A DNA stretch of 62,852 nucleotides, counting the filler, from Octopus bimaculoides (lineage: Eukaryota): assembly GCF_001194135.2 (NCBI RefSeq). It is 4 parts of 4 records of this genome, joined end to end, with 100 filler letters (N's around TTAATTAATTAA, not from the genome) between each part and the next. Parts side by side here need not be neighbours in the genome. Positions count along the whole stretch, not along the records: positions 1 to 27,197 come from NC_068982.1; 3 more parts are not named here. One strand, given 5' to 3'. The notes under the pieces are model-generated. The model was not told the origin of the DNA. It saw nothing but the letters and a program-made list of their open reading frames with translations, and ran no database searches. How positions within the stretch are numbered: position 1 is the stretch's first letter; every line of letters starts with the position of its first letter. A program made the position numbers and the translations under genes. This document shows, one piece after another, positions 1 to 12,155 of this stretch.

Positions 1-330
1 ACTCGCTCACATACATTCACTTGCTCACATATACTCACACACTCACACACACTCGCACACTCACTCGCACACACTCACTCGCTCGCACTCACATTCACAA
101 ACGCACGCACATTCACACACGCATGCACAGTCACACACGCACGCACAGTCACACACGCACGCACATTCACATGCACACATTCACACACACATACATTCAC
201 ACAGATTTATACAGATATATGTTATGTGTGATTACATTTTATACGCATCATACAGATTTCCCTACAAATGAACATACACACCATTACATACACGCACACA
301 CACACATAAAAGTGTTATCATTCACACAAG
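1..330. repeat. Degenerate (CA)n/(CACT)/(CATA) low-complexity tract
   Basis: Visible CA-rich repeats; overlapping His/Thr ORFs are repeat translations. Confidence 0.9.
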
Positions 331-409
331 CAGTTTTGAATGATCAACAGAACACACAGACAGACAGTATTTGCTTTGGGTGCTGCATTATATAAAAGCA
401 AAAAAAAAA

Positions 410-566
410 AAATACATGCACTCTCTGAGTGGTTGGCGTTAGGAAGGGCATCCAGCTGTAGAAACTCTGCCAAATCGGACTGGAGCCTGGTGTTGCCATC
501 CGGTTTCACCAGTCCTCAGTCAAATCGTCCAACCCATGCTAGCATGGAAAGCGGACGTTAAACGAT
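410..566 (+). mobile_element. 3' end of RTE-clade LINE (5'-truncated copy)
   Basis: ctctctgagtggttggcgttaggaagggcatccagctgt...gcatggaaagcggacgttaaacgat matches copies at 6.3, 8.5 and 17.3 kb; this block is tied to the RTE ORF end by the 2077-2335 copy. Confidence 0.75.
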
Positions 567-1174
567 NNNNNNNNNNNNNNNNNNNNNNNNNNNNNNNNNN
601 NNNNNNNNNNNNNNNNNNNNNNNNNNNNNNNNNNNNNNNNNNNNNNNNNNNNNNNNNNNNNNNNNNNNNNNNNNNNNNNNNNNNNNNNNNNNNNNNNNNN
701 NNNNNNNNNNNNNNNNNNNNNNNNNNNNNNNNNNNNNNNNNNNNNNNNNNNNNNNNNNNNNNNNNNNNNNNNNNNNNNNNNNNNNNNNNNNNNNNNNNNN
801 NNNNNNNNNNNNNNNNNNNNNNNNNNNNNNNNNNNNNNNNNNNNNNNNNNNNNNNNNNNNNNNNNNNNNNNNNNNNNNNNNNNNNNNNNNNNNNNNNNNN
901 NNNNNNNNNNNNNNNNNNNNNNNNNNNNNNNNNNNNNNNNNNNNNNNNNNNNNNNNNNNNNNNNNNNNNNNNNNNNNNNNNNNNNNNNNNNNNNNNNNNN
1001 NNNNNNNNNNNNNNNNNNNNNNNNNNNNNNNNNNNNNNNNNNNNNNNNNNNNNNNNNNNNNNNNNNNNNNNNNNNNNNNNNNNNNNNNNNNNNNNNNNNN
1101 NNNNNNNNNNNNNNNNNNNNNNNNNNNNNNNNNNNNNNNNNNNNNNNNNNNNNNNNNNNNNNNNNNNNNNNNNN

Positions 1175-1796
1175 CCCCCCCCAACAATATATACACACCT
1201 TCTGCACACACCTGTTGATATATACTGACATGCACAAGTAGAACCCTCCCCCACCACATACTAATACACACACACACATATGTGCACTTACAAACACATG
1301 CATGCACTTGCATATATACATACATATACACACACACCTACACACACATTCCTCCACACATGCCACTCATACATTCACATGGCCCCACACACACACCTAC
1401 ACATCTACACATACATCCTCACACACCCATATGCACATATACACACTCACACACTCATACATGCACATACACTCATGTGCACACACACACATGCACAATT
1501 ACACCAATGCACTTACACACATATGACTTCACCTTTTTACACACACGTCCACACACATGGTCTCACACACACACTCATATGCATATATACACACACATGC
1601 ACTCATGTACACACACACACACACATTCCCACTCCCTCATACACACACATACACACACAGAGCCACACTCATTCACTTTTCCCCTTGTCTCTTGTGACTG
1701 AACCAAACACCAGCCACTAATCTGCTCATTGACTCACACCCTTATTACATACATCACTCACACACATGCATGCACACACACACACACACATACACA

Positions 1797-1830
<34 letters not shown>
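1175..1830. repeat. Degenerate (CA)n-rich tract ending in near-pure (CA)n
   Basis: Seen directly. Confidence 0.9.
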
Positions 1831-2076
1831 GTGGTCATCTTCATACTCTCCTGTCCCAACAAATCACTTTCTCTACCTTTTTCTGCTTCTGGTCACTTTA
1901 GCCACAACTACAATATGTGCTGTTGGTGATATTTTTCTTTCTCTGGATTTTTCCGTTTTCCTTTCTGACAAAGAGCTATGCTTGAAATGTCAAAAACTCT
2001 CACTTTTTACCAAGCGTCAAACTAATACATTCCATCTGCACGTCCTATTGCTGTTTTCTTATTGATTTGACTATAC

Positions 2077-2335
2077 CATCATCATCGTCATTTAACGTCT
2101 GTTGTCCATGCTGGCATGGGTTAGATGAGGGCTGGCAAGCCAGAAGGCTGCATCAGACTCTCGTCTATTTTGGTGTGGTTGCGCTTCCTAATGCCAACCA
2201 CTCCGAGAGTATAATGGGTACTTTTACGTGCCATCAATTTAGGTGCCATTTGTGTGACACTGGTATCTGCTATGACTGCAGTTTTACCTAGCTTCATGGG
2301 TCTTCTTTTCAAGCACGGCATAATGCCAAATAGAC
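2077..2335 (-). mobile_element. RTE LINE 3' end including last ORF codons and (GAT)n tail
   Basis: Reverse complement gtgcttgaaaagaagacccatgaagc...gcagataccagtgtcac matches 27098-27197 and continues into the shared 3' UTR block. Confidence 0.75.
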
Positions 2336-3939
2336 TTGTTCCTTGCCTCCATGAGGTCCAGCGCTCAAAAGATGCTTTTATGTTCCATAGCAGTTTGACA
2401 TTATATAAAGAAACAGGGTTGTAACAGCTGTTTTGCTTTGCTCGTTTGTTAGGGCTTTTTTTTTTTTTTACCTATTATAGATTTTAATTAGATTTCTTTA
2501 AAAAAGTAATTTTCCTTTCTTTAGCAATTGTCTTTCCTTTGTATCGGGAGTTTCCGACCATTTTTTTTTTTTCTATCTATAGACCCCTTTGATTAATATT
2601 TTATTCTGGTGGACCCCCATAGCCATTTGATGTTTAAAAATTAGTTTTATAGAAACTTCTTTCAAAATTCCTATTTTGTTTTTTCACACATTAACTCATG
2701 TAGGTTGAACTATGTAAAACGTTTGAGTAAGAAACCTAGCTGTTTCTTGCAATACATACGCCTAAAGCAAACTTTATTCAGGGGTCATTAGAATAGTATT
2801 GTGAATCCCCAGTTTAATATTTTGTTGCATGGACCCCCAAAAATCCGCTTTATATGAACCTGAATGCTTCTTCATGTCCTGGTTTTCCTGGTTGTATGTA
2901 TCAAATTGCAAGTACTCATAAATGCTTTATAAGTGTATAATATCAACACACCTCTATACATTCATTTATAGCACTCCACTCACTGTGTTTTTACTTTACT
3001 TTCTTTTTCTTTACATAGGGAAATGTTTAATAATTTCACTCTTTTCTTCTTTAACTTTTTCTTTGACGTGTTTTTCTTCTATTTTAACTATTATTCTACA
3101 ATATCTCTGTCGACTCCACCCTAAGCTACTGTTGTGTGTATATAATACGTGTGTGTACACACACACACAAAAAGGCATAGCCAAGTGGTTAAGAAGTTTG
3201 TTTCACAGTCATGAAGTTCCAGGTTCAATCACATCGCATAACATTTTGAGCATATTTTTTTCTCCAGCGTTAGTTTCACTTCAGTGTTCTCAATGAAATT
3301 GGATTGATCAAAACTGTTTAGATGCTCATCAGACAGGCTGTACTTGTAATTCAAGTAATTACTTGTAATTCAACTGTGTAAACACTTACTATGCCCCTTG
3401 CTGAGGATTGTGTTTAAAGGTACACATGTCTGTGGAATACTCAGTCATATAAATGCTAATTCAACAAGTAACAGGAGTAATAGACTGTAACATAGAACCA
3501 GAGATGGCCAAACGTGGGTTGGTATAAAACATTTTAAAACCCTCAGTAACAAAACCACCCCATCACCACCACCACCACCACCACTGTGACCACCTCTGGT
3601 TCTGTTTAAATGGTTAATATCTGAAATTAGAGCTACGTTTATGTATTCATTTTGCAAGATTCCTAATGTGAAATCATGTGTTTAAACAGATATTGTTATA
3701 TTTCATGACGGTTATCGTTCTTCAGTTCAAATTTATTATTCTAATTTTATTGTCTTTTGTCTGAAATCTCTTGTCACACATCCTGTGACCTCTTCAGCAA
3801 CTCTCCATCCCATGTGTCTCCTCTTGTTCTGTTTGATCCATTCTGAATTTTCAGACAAAAGATAATAGAATAAGAACAATAATAAATCTGAAGTGAAGAA
3901 TGAATATATATAGTGCATGTGTTTATTTGGCAATAAACC

Positions 3940-4255
3940 ATTAGTGATTTGACAAAAGAGACCAATAGAATAAGTACTAGGCTTACAAAAAATAAGTCCT
4001 GGGGTCGATTAGTTCAACTAAAGGCGGTGGTCCAGCATGGCCGCAGTCAAAAAGACTGAAGCAAATAAAAGAGTATATATATATGTGTGTGTGTGTGTGT
4101 GTTTGTGTTTGTCCCCCTCCACTGCTTCACAACCTGCGTTGATGTGTTTACATCCCTGTAACTTAGCAGTTCAGCAAAAGAGATTGATAGAAAAAGTACT
4201 AAATTTAAAAAATAAGTCCTGGGGCTGATTTGTCTGACTGAAACAGGTGAAACAT
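3940..4255 (+). mobile_element. Fragments of tRNA-derived SINE family A (3' halves)
   Basis: gatagaataagtactaggcttacaaa-aataagtcctggggtcgat...ccagcatggccgcagtc matches the complete copy at 54241-54658. Confidence 0.7.
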
Positions 4256-5441
4256 AAAAGATAAGCATTTTGCCCCATGTGCTTATATGATTCTGCCAGC
4301 TCACCAGCCTTCCTCATAGAACATATATTACTATTATTAATTAATTCATATTCCAGTTATATTCCATTTAATTTCTTATTGGAAATAATCTTGGAATATT
4401 TTTGACATTTAAAAAGGTCTCAATTTTTTTTTTTTTTTCTTGTAAGAAGACATTTTAGTTTAGCTCCAAAAAAAAAAATGGCTTCTGGGCCATATTTGGC
4501 TAGCTAGTGCAACAAAAACGCATAGCCATTGATTTACCATTGTCATGTATTATTTTAACCAATCATAAACTAGTAGCCTGTTGAGCTCTTTCTATTGATA
4601 TTTAACAAATCAAAACTATTTTTCCAGCTGGAATCAGTTGCTCACTCAACACTTAGACAGATCTCATTCTTTCTATCACTGGTAGTCATGNNNNNNNNNN
4701 NNNNNNNNNNNNNNNNNNNNNNNNNNNNNNNNNNNNNNNNNNNNNNNNNNNNNNNNNNNNNNNNNNNNNNNNNNNNNNNNNNNNNNNNNNNNNNNNNNNN
4801 NNNNNNNNNNNNNNNNNNNNNNNNNNNNNNNNNNNNNNNNNNNNNNNNNNNNNNNNNNNNNNNNNNNNNNNNNNNNNNNNNNNNNNNNNNNNNNNNNNNN
4901 NNNNNNNNNNNNNNNNNNNNNNNNNNNNNNNNNNNNNNNNNNNNNNNNNNNNNNNNNNNNNNNNNNNNNNNNNNNNNNNNNNNNNNNNNNNNNNNNNNNN
5001 NNNNNNNNNNNNNNNNNNNNNNNNNNNNNNNNNNNNNNNNNNNNNNNNNNNNNNNNNNNNNNNNNNNNNNNNNNNNNNNNNNNNNNNNNNNNNNNNNNNN
5101 NNNNNNNNNNNNNNNNNNNNNNNNNNNNNNNNNNNNNNNNNNNNNNNNNNNNNNNNNNNNNNNNNNNNNNNNNNNNNNNNNNNNNNNNNNNNNNNNNNNN
5201 NNNNNNNNNNNNNNNNNNNNNNNNNNNNNNNNNNNNNNNNNNNNNNNNNNNNNNNNNNNNNNNNNNNNNNNNNNNNNNNNNNNNNNNNNNNNNNNNNNNN
5301 NNNNNNNNNNNNNNNNNNNNNNNNNNNNNNNNNNNNNNNNNNNNNNNNNNNNNNNNNNNNNNNNNNNNNNNNNNNNNNNNNNNNNNNNNNNNNNNNNNNN
5401 NNNNNNNNNNNNNNNNNNNNNTATATATATATATATATATA

Positions 5442-5605
5442 TGACGGGATTCTTTCAGTTTCCATCTACCAAATCCACTCACAAGGCTTTGGTCAGCCTG
5501 AGGCTATAGTAGAAGACACTTGCCCAAGGTGCCACGCAGTGGGACTGAACCTGGAACCATGTGATTGGTAAGCAAGCTACTTACCACACAGCCACTCCTG
5601 CACCT
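5442..5605 (-). mobile_element. SINE family A, 5' tRNA-like head and core
   Basis: Reverse complement ggagtggctgtgtggtaag (A box) ... ggttcagtccc (B box); near identical to 54495-54658. Confidence 0.8.
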
Positions 5606-5789
5606 ATAGCCACAGCTATTTTCCATAACATGTTTCTTCAATATAAATTATGAAATTTACTTGTCAATATATATTTTTAGAAATTTATTTCAACTTAGTC
5701 TTGATTGATTTTTATAAAACATGATCTATTGAATGCTGTCCTATTTAACTCATGCTGTGTAATTGTCCTTTCTCCTATAGACACATGAC

Positions 5790-5990
5790 CTGGAATTTAG
5801 ATTTAGCGTGCTGGGGCTAGTCAATTACGTCAGTCCCGGTGCTCAACTGATTCTTATTTTATTAACCCCGAAAGGATGAAATGCCTAGTCAACTTCAGCA
5901 GAATTTGAACTCAGAACATAAAGACAAACAAACTGCTGCTATGTAATATTTTCTAACATGCCAGCAATTCTACCAGCTTACTGGCTTCAC
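5790..5990 (-). mobile_element. SINE family B copy
   Basis: Reverse complement contains tgagttcaaattctgctgaagttgac...cctttcggggttaataaa, shared with the 11.3-13.5 kb array. Confidence 0.7.
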
Positions 5991-6065
5991 ATGCTGTGTA
6001 AATATGGTTACATTCTTATACCAACCATGCTAGAAGTGATTTTCTTTTTGTTAAAATTTGGGAAG

Positions 6066-6490
6066 TAGCGTGATCGTTGCCAGAGCACTAGCTGTCTGGC
6101 TTTTGTGCCGGTGGCATGTAAATAGCACCATTTGAGCGTGACCATTACCAACCTTGCATTCCTGGCACTTGTGCCAGTGGCATGGGAAAAGACATTCAAG
6201 TGAGTTCGTTGCCAGTGCTGCCGGACTGGCTCCTGTGCAGGTAGCACGTAAAATACACCATTTTGAGCGTGGCCATTGCCAGTACCTCCTGACTGGCCTT
6301 CGTGCTGGTGGCACGTAAAAGCACCCACTACACTCTCTGAGTGGTTGGCGTTAGGAAGGGCATCCAGCTGTATAAACTCTGCCAAATCAGATTGGAGCCT
6401 GGTGTAGCCACCTGGTCCACCAGTCCTCAGTCAAATCGTCCAACCCATGCTAGCATGGAAAGCGGATGTTGAACGATGATGATGATAATG
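6066..6490 (+). mobile_element. RTE LINE 3' UTR with internal tandem tgccggtggcacgtaaaagcacc units and (GAT)n tail
   Basis: Same motif ends the RTE copy at 27172-27197; tail gatgatgatgat at about 6475-6490. Confidence 0.75.
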
Positions 6491-7397
6491 ATTCTTAAAG
6501 AAACTTAAAGAACCCAAAAGCTAATGTGACATTTTGGTTCAATATCTTAAGTTCAACATTTAAATTTAGAATAGTTATTTTCATCTTTATATTGTCATTG
6601 GGATGAGATGTTCCCAAGCTTTTGTAGTTTTAAAGAAAAGATAGAGAAACCTGATTTATGCGGCATTTTAAAGAGAGCAAACAAAAAACACTTGGGAATA
6701 TAGAATATGAACCCGTTAAACACCTATTCTATTAGGAAATTTGCATTTATTGACATTAACAAATATATAAAATTCCCAGACTTTTGTTTAGTTTATTTAT
6801 CTTTTTTATTCTATCTTGTAAATATATTTAAATCCACCCCAATTACTTGCAACCATTCTTGTATAATGTGAGTAGTTTTGTATCTCCTCTACAACAAAAA
6901 CCGTGTTCTGGTCCCTTCTTTCATATTGTCACTGCTTATCACCGAGCATAAAACTGCTTCCTTCTCTTCTATAGTTCCACTCAGTTGAAGATGATTTAGT
7001 CTTACAAGCTACAGTGCACTATCATTAATGTCGGTGCCAGATAAAAGACACCCAGTATACTCTGTAATGTGGTTGGTATTAGGAAGGGTACCTATCTGTA
7101 GAAGCCATGCCCAAGCAGATATAGGAGCATGATGTAGTCCTTTGGCCCACAAGATTTTGTAAAGCCATCCAACCCATGCAAATATGAAAGACAGGCATTT
7201 AAAGATCATGGTCTGAAGCTTACAGGCCTAATATTGGATATTTATTTTTTAATTTGATTATTTAGATTATCACATTTAGTTAAGTGCTTTTTGCTCTCCT
7301 AAAAAAAAATAAAAAACACTGCCTTATTGATTAATATTTTGTGGATCATTTCTGAATTATACTGTCATTACATAACTTTATTTTCTTTTTGTTTCAG

Positions 7398-7536
7398 GCT
7401 GAAGATGCTTTCTTGCCAAAGAAAATAATTTGGATTGGATGTCGGGGCAGCAGACCTCAATATCGAGGTTACCCTTGTAGCTTATGGACAATTTTCCATG
7501 CTCTTACTGTTAATGCTTACTTAAAGAACAGAAATG
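7398..7536 (+). CDS. QSOX: QSOX (quiescin sulfhydryl oxidase) penultimate coding exon, start of ERV/ALR domain
   Basis: [38 protein letters not shown] matches the QSOX motif W-x-G-C-x-G-S-x-P-x2-R-G-[FY]-P-C-S-L-W-x2-F-H; polypyrimidine+AG at 7396-7397, GT at 7537, ends in phase 1. Confidence 0.95.
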
Positions 7537-8482
7537 GTAACTTCAACTGTTTTAATTTATTTGCTTCAAAAATGAATTGAGAATGCTCTAATAATGAATT
7601 CTGATAGTAGCACAAAATAGAATCAATTCCAATAAATAACTAATATTTATTTTAGCAACCTTAACGGGACAAAAAGTTGAGTCAGTGATCTTGAGAATCA
7701 TTTGGTTTTGATTATAATGTTTCATAGGGATAACTGACATGTTTTAACCTTGCACATGTAAAGACTGGATTTCCAGCAGACTGTGTGAAGGCTGATATGC
7801 AATAACACTGTAAGTGAGGACTCAAACTTCTTCAAGCCACAAGCAAATGATGGACATTTTGTTGCTGTAATCATGGTATCACTACTATAGTTTCATTACA
7901 TAGAAGGTGTAATATAGGTTGGACAAATCACAAATCTTTAGTCACCGTTGCATCTTCCATTGTTGTTGTGTCATCTCGGTCATCTTAGTAAATAAATAAC
8001 CTATAAGGTTTCTACTATTCTTCTTACTCTGACTATAATGTCTATATAAAATATATATTATAAAGATTACTTTAGAATATTGAAGTATATCTAAGCTCTA
8101 CTCAACTTACAGTATCAACATTTTACCAGTTTTCCATTTTTTTTTTTGTTTGTTTGTTCTGAGTTTTACTTTTAGAACAATTCCTAACAACAAACCAAAC
8201 TTTCTGCACCACAAATTTACTCGAATCCCAATAAACTAATATTGATATACATTTTTGAAAAAAATATCATAAATGTTTATATCCAAAAAGAATTGTGTCA
8301 TATTAACAATTCCAATGGTTATACTGCAATATAAGTGTAAATATTTAACACTAATTCAACTATTCACCTATGGCATATGAATGGTACTTACCTTGTCGGT
8401 TTCTCAAACAAGGTCAGTAATGTTTGGACCATTGTCTAAATCCAAAATTCATGTCATGGATGTATTTTGTAAAGCACATTAA

Positions 8483-8790
8483 TCATCATCATCATCATCA
8501 TCATCGTTTAATGTCTGCTTTCCATGCTAGCATGGGTTGGACGATTTGACTGAGGACTGGCGAACCAGATGGCTGCACCTGGCTCCAATCTGATCTGGCA
8601 GAGTTTATACAGCTGGATGCCCTTCCTAACGCCAACCACTCTGAGAGTGTAGTGGGTGCTTTTACGTGCCACCGGCATGAGGGCCAGTCAGGTGGTACTG
8701 GCAACGGCCACGTTCAAGTGGTGTATTTTACGTGCCATCTGCACAGGAGCCACTCCAGCGGCACTGGCAATGTCCTCGCTCGAATGATTT
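8483..8790 (-). mobile_element. RTE LINE 3' UTR copy in QSOX intron, antisense
   Basis: Reverse complement of the 6.2-6.5 kb block with (CAT)n tail at about 8485-8503. Confidence 0.8.
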
Positions 8791-9131
8791 TCAAGTGCCA
8801 ATCCATCCCATCCATCTAGTTTTCTTGCCCACTGTTTTTGGAAGGGTCGTAGGGGTTAAATCTTCAGGTATTTATTCAGTAAGGTCCTATTAGAAACAGC
8901 CATCATTAAGCTTTCCTGCTGGATTCGCAAAGGTGACCAGCTTAGACTATGGATATTATCCAACCGTTTTACTTGTGGTCTGCCCCAAGGTCTCCTGCTG
9001 GTTAGCTCAGCTTGAAGAATGTGTCTTGCGATCCTTTCTTGTTCCTTTTATTTTTTAACAAATTTGTTGTAACAATTTTTAATTACTATTAATTTTTTTT
9101 ATTATTTTTTCTTTCTTTTTTTAACCTCTAG

Positions 9132-9886
9132 ATCTTTCATCAAATCCAGCCGAAGTTCTTTCAGCCGTTTCTAATTACGTCAGTAAATTTTTTGGATGTG
9201 AAGAATGTAGCCGGAATTTTCAGAAAATGTCACAAAATATTTCGTCTGTGATTCACAGTCATGAAGATTCAGTGTTATGGCTATGGGAAGCCCATAACAA
9301 AGTTAATAAACGTCTTCACAATGATTTCTCTGAAGATCCATTTCACCCCAAAATTCAATTCCCGTCCGCGGAAATGTGTCCAGCATGTCACAACCAAAAT
9401 ATCAACGATAATTCAAAGATAATTAAAACTAATCAGAAATGGAATAAAGCTGCAATCTTGGACTTCATGATTCATTTCTATTCCACCAATTTAATCAAAG
9501 TCTCAGAATCCATTAAGAACTCTTATAATAACCTGCTGGCCGAAAATTCTGGCAAAACTGCTGAGTCATTTTTAGTAAAGTTAGAGAACAGAACTGAAGA
9601 ACTTGATTGGTGGGAGAAAAAACAGAGAAAAAGAGATTTACAAAATTTACATAGTGTCAAAGAACAAAGAAGACAAAATCATTTAAGAAAACTAATTGAG
9701 AGAAATGTTAATCGACATGATCTTCATTTAAAAGTCCGGTCTTCTCGGACATTTTGGATATTTAGTGAGATTGACATAGGCATGTGTATTATATTTTACA
9801 TTTTTTGCTTAAGTCTTCTTATTTTCTTATATTTCCATTTTGCACGCCGGAAAGGCAAACGGTTGTGTAAGCTTTTACCATATTGA
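9132..9886 (+). CDS. QSOX: QSOX terminal coding exon: ERV domain with CxxC (CEEC), linker, C-terminal TM helix, basic tail
   Basis: AG at 9130-9131; phase-1 join gives ...NRN-D-LSSNPAEVLSAVSNYVSKFFGCEECSRNF...LWLWEAHNKVNKRL...SEDPFHPKIQFPSAEMCPACH; TM IGMCIIFYIFCLSLLIFLYFHF; stop TGA at 9884-9886. Confidence 0.95.
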
Positions 9887-9898
9887 CTGCAGAGAAGC

Positions 9899-9904
9899 AA
9901 TAAA
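9899..9904 (+). promoter_or_regulatory. Candidate polyadenylation signal AATAAA for QSOX
   Basis: Hexamer 12 nt after the stop codon; usage unverified. Confidence 0.3.
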
Positions 9905-10499
9905 CATCTTAGCTTCTACTCCATCTTGTTATTATTATCATTACTATATCATTAGTCAAATCATCATCATTTTGCCGTCATCATTTATCATTCACCTTTT
10001 ATGCTGGCATTGGGGAGGATGATTTGACAGGATTCAATGATGAATCCAAGTTTTGCATCAAGCTCCAATGTCTGCTTTGGCAGTGTTTCCTGCGGCTGGA
10101 TGCTTTTCTTCATAATTAGAATACAGGTAAGTTTCTATCAGCCAAATCCTAAAGCCAGTTTGGATTGTTTGTTGGCATCATTTCTATTTATGTTACTGAA
10201 CTCTTTCTTGGGCGATACATGAATATCATAATACTCACCTTTTCTTCAAAGATTTCAATTCTCAGTCATCATCATTATTGATTTTCCATCCACTTTCTTC
10301 CATGATGGCTTGTGTTGGGCAAGACTTCTGGAAGCAGTGTTCTTATCATCAGATGCTTTTTCTGATGCTAACCCTTACTTTTGAAGTAATGTACTTTATT
10401 CTCTGTTTTTGCATATAGAATCTTTACTACAGGCTTTTTTTTTTTTTCGGGTGGGGGACATGTAAACATCACCACCACTTCTGTGGTGTCACGCATAAA

Positions 10500-10890
10500 T
10501 CTTTTATCTTTTACTTAATTCAGTCACTGGACTGCAGCAATACTGGGGTTCCATTTTGAAGGGCTTCATCAAGCAGACCAGCCCCCCCCCCTACTAATTA
10601 AAAAAAAAATCTGGTACTTATTCTATTGGTCCCTTTTGCCAAACTGGTAAGTTATGGGGATGTAAACAAGCCAGCACTAGTTGTGAAGCAGTGGCGAGGG
10701 GACAAACACAAAGACACACAGATATATACACATATATGGAATGAGCTTCTTTCAGTTTCCGTCTACCAAATCCACTCACAAGGCTTTGATTGTTGCAAGG
10801 CTATAGTAGAGGATACTTGCCCAAGATGCCACACAGTGGGACTGAACCCAGAATAATGTGGATGAGAAGCAAACTTCTTACCACCCAGCC
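10500..10890 (-). mobile_element. SINE family A, diverged near full-length copy
   Basis: tttcagtttccgtctaccaaatccactcacaaggctttg...cagtgggactgaaccc shared with 54241-54658. Confidence 0.75.
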
Positions 10891-11334
10891 ATACCTGTGC
10901 TTATATATTTATATATGTGTGTGTCATCATCATCATTTAACGTCCTCCTTCCAAGCTGGCATGGGTTGGATGGTTTGACAGGAGCTGGCCAGACAGAAGA
11001 CTGCATCAGCATGGTTTTTACAACTGGATGCTCTTCCTACCACCAACCACCCTGTCAAGTGGACTAAGTATATTTTATGTGGCACCAGCATGGATGAGGT
11101 CAGTTTTGGCATGGTTTTTACAGCTTGATGCCTTTTTAAATGCCAACCACTTGATAGTATGGACTGGATGCTTTTTAAGTGTGTGTGTGTGTGTGTGTGT
11201 ATACATACATGCCACATATATATATGGTGTTGGTGGGATGAAGAGAAAAAGTGCTCTGTCCAGTGAGAAATAAATATCATTTAATATATACAGGATTTAA
11301 ACGTAAAAAATACTTAGTAGTATTTTTTCTGGCT

Positions 11335-11492
11335 CTTTACACTCTGAATTCAAATCACACCAAGGTTGACTTTGCCATACATCGTTTTGGGGTTGATAAA
11401 TTAAGTACCAGTTGAGTATTGAGGATCAATGTAATCAACTTGCACCCTCCTCAAAGCTTCAGGCCTGCTGCCTATAGTAGAAAGGCTTGTTG

Positions 11493-11523
<31 letters not shown>

Positions 11524-12123
11524 TATTATTATTTTTATTGTTATTATTTTTTTATTGTTGTTGTTATTATTATTATTATTATTATTATAAGGTGGCAAGC
11601 TGGCAGAATCATTAGCACACCAAGCCAAATTGCTCAGAAGCATTTTGTCAGTCTTTACATTTTGAGTTCAGATTCTGCTGAGGTTAACTTTGCCTTTCAT
11701 CCTTTCGGGGGTCAAGAAAATAAATACCAGTTGAACACTAGGTTCAATGTAATCAACTAGCTTCTTCCCTTGAACATGCTAGCCTTGTGCCAAAATTTTA
11801 AACCGTTACTATTATCATTATGAGGGCAGTAACCTATTGAGTACTGAGGTTGAAAATTTCAGGTTTTGTACCTGTAATACGAATGATTGTTATTATTAGG
11901 CAGTATCCTAGCAGAATCATTACCATGTTGGACAAAATGCTTAATGGTAATTCATTCATCTTTACATTCTGAGTCTAAATTCCACCAAGGTTGACTTTGC
12001 CTTTCATTCTTTTGGAGTCAATAAAATAAGCACTAGTTAATTACTGAAGTTGGTGAGTACTGGGGTCAATGTAATCGATTCACTCTCTCTCCAGATCTTG
12101 CTGGCCTTGTGCCAAAATTTGAG

Positions 12124-12155
<32 letters not shown>

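Noticed and set aside
2460-2860. Possible hAT-type MITE remnants here and at about 15930-16100
   Set aside because: Resemblance only; no TIR pair or 8-bp TSD could be confirmed
5442-5605. tRNA genes suggested by A/B boxes here and at 31586, 40400 and 54600
   Set aside because: No complete cloverleaf; the heads run into SINE bodies
1-7397. Upstream QSOX exons (thioredoxin domains, HRR)
   Set aside because: No recognisable QSOX peptide with splice sites found by eye; likely in gaps or upstream of the window
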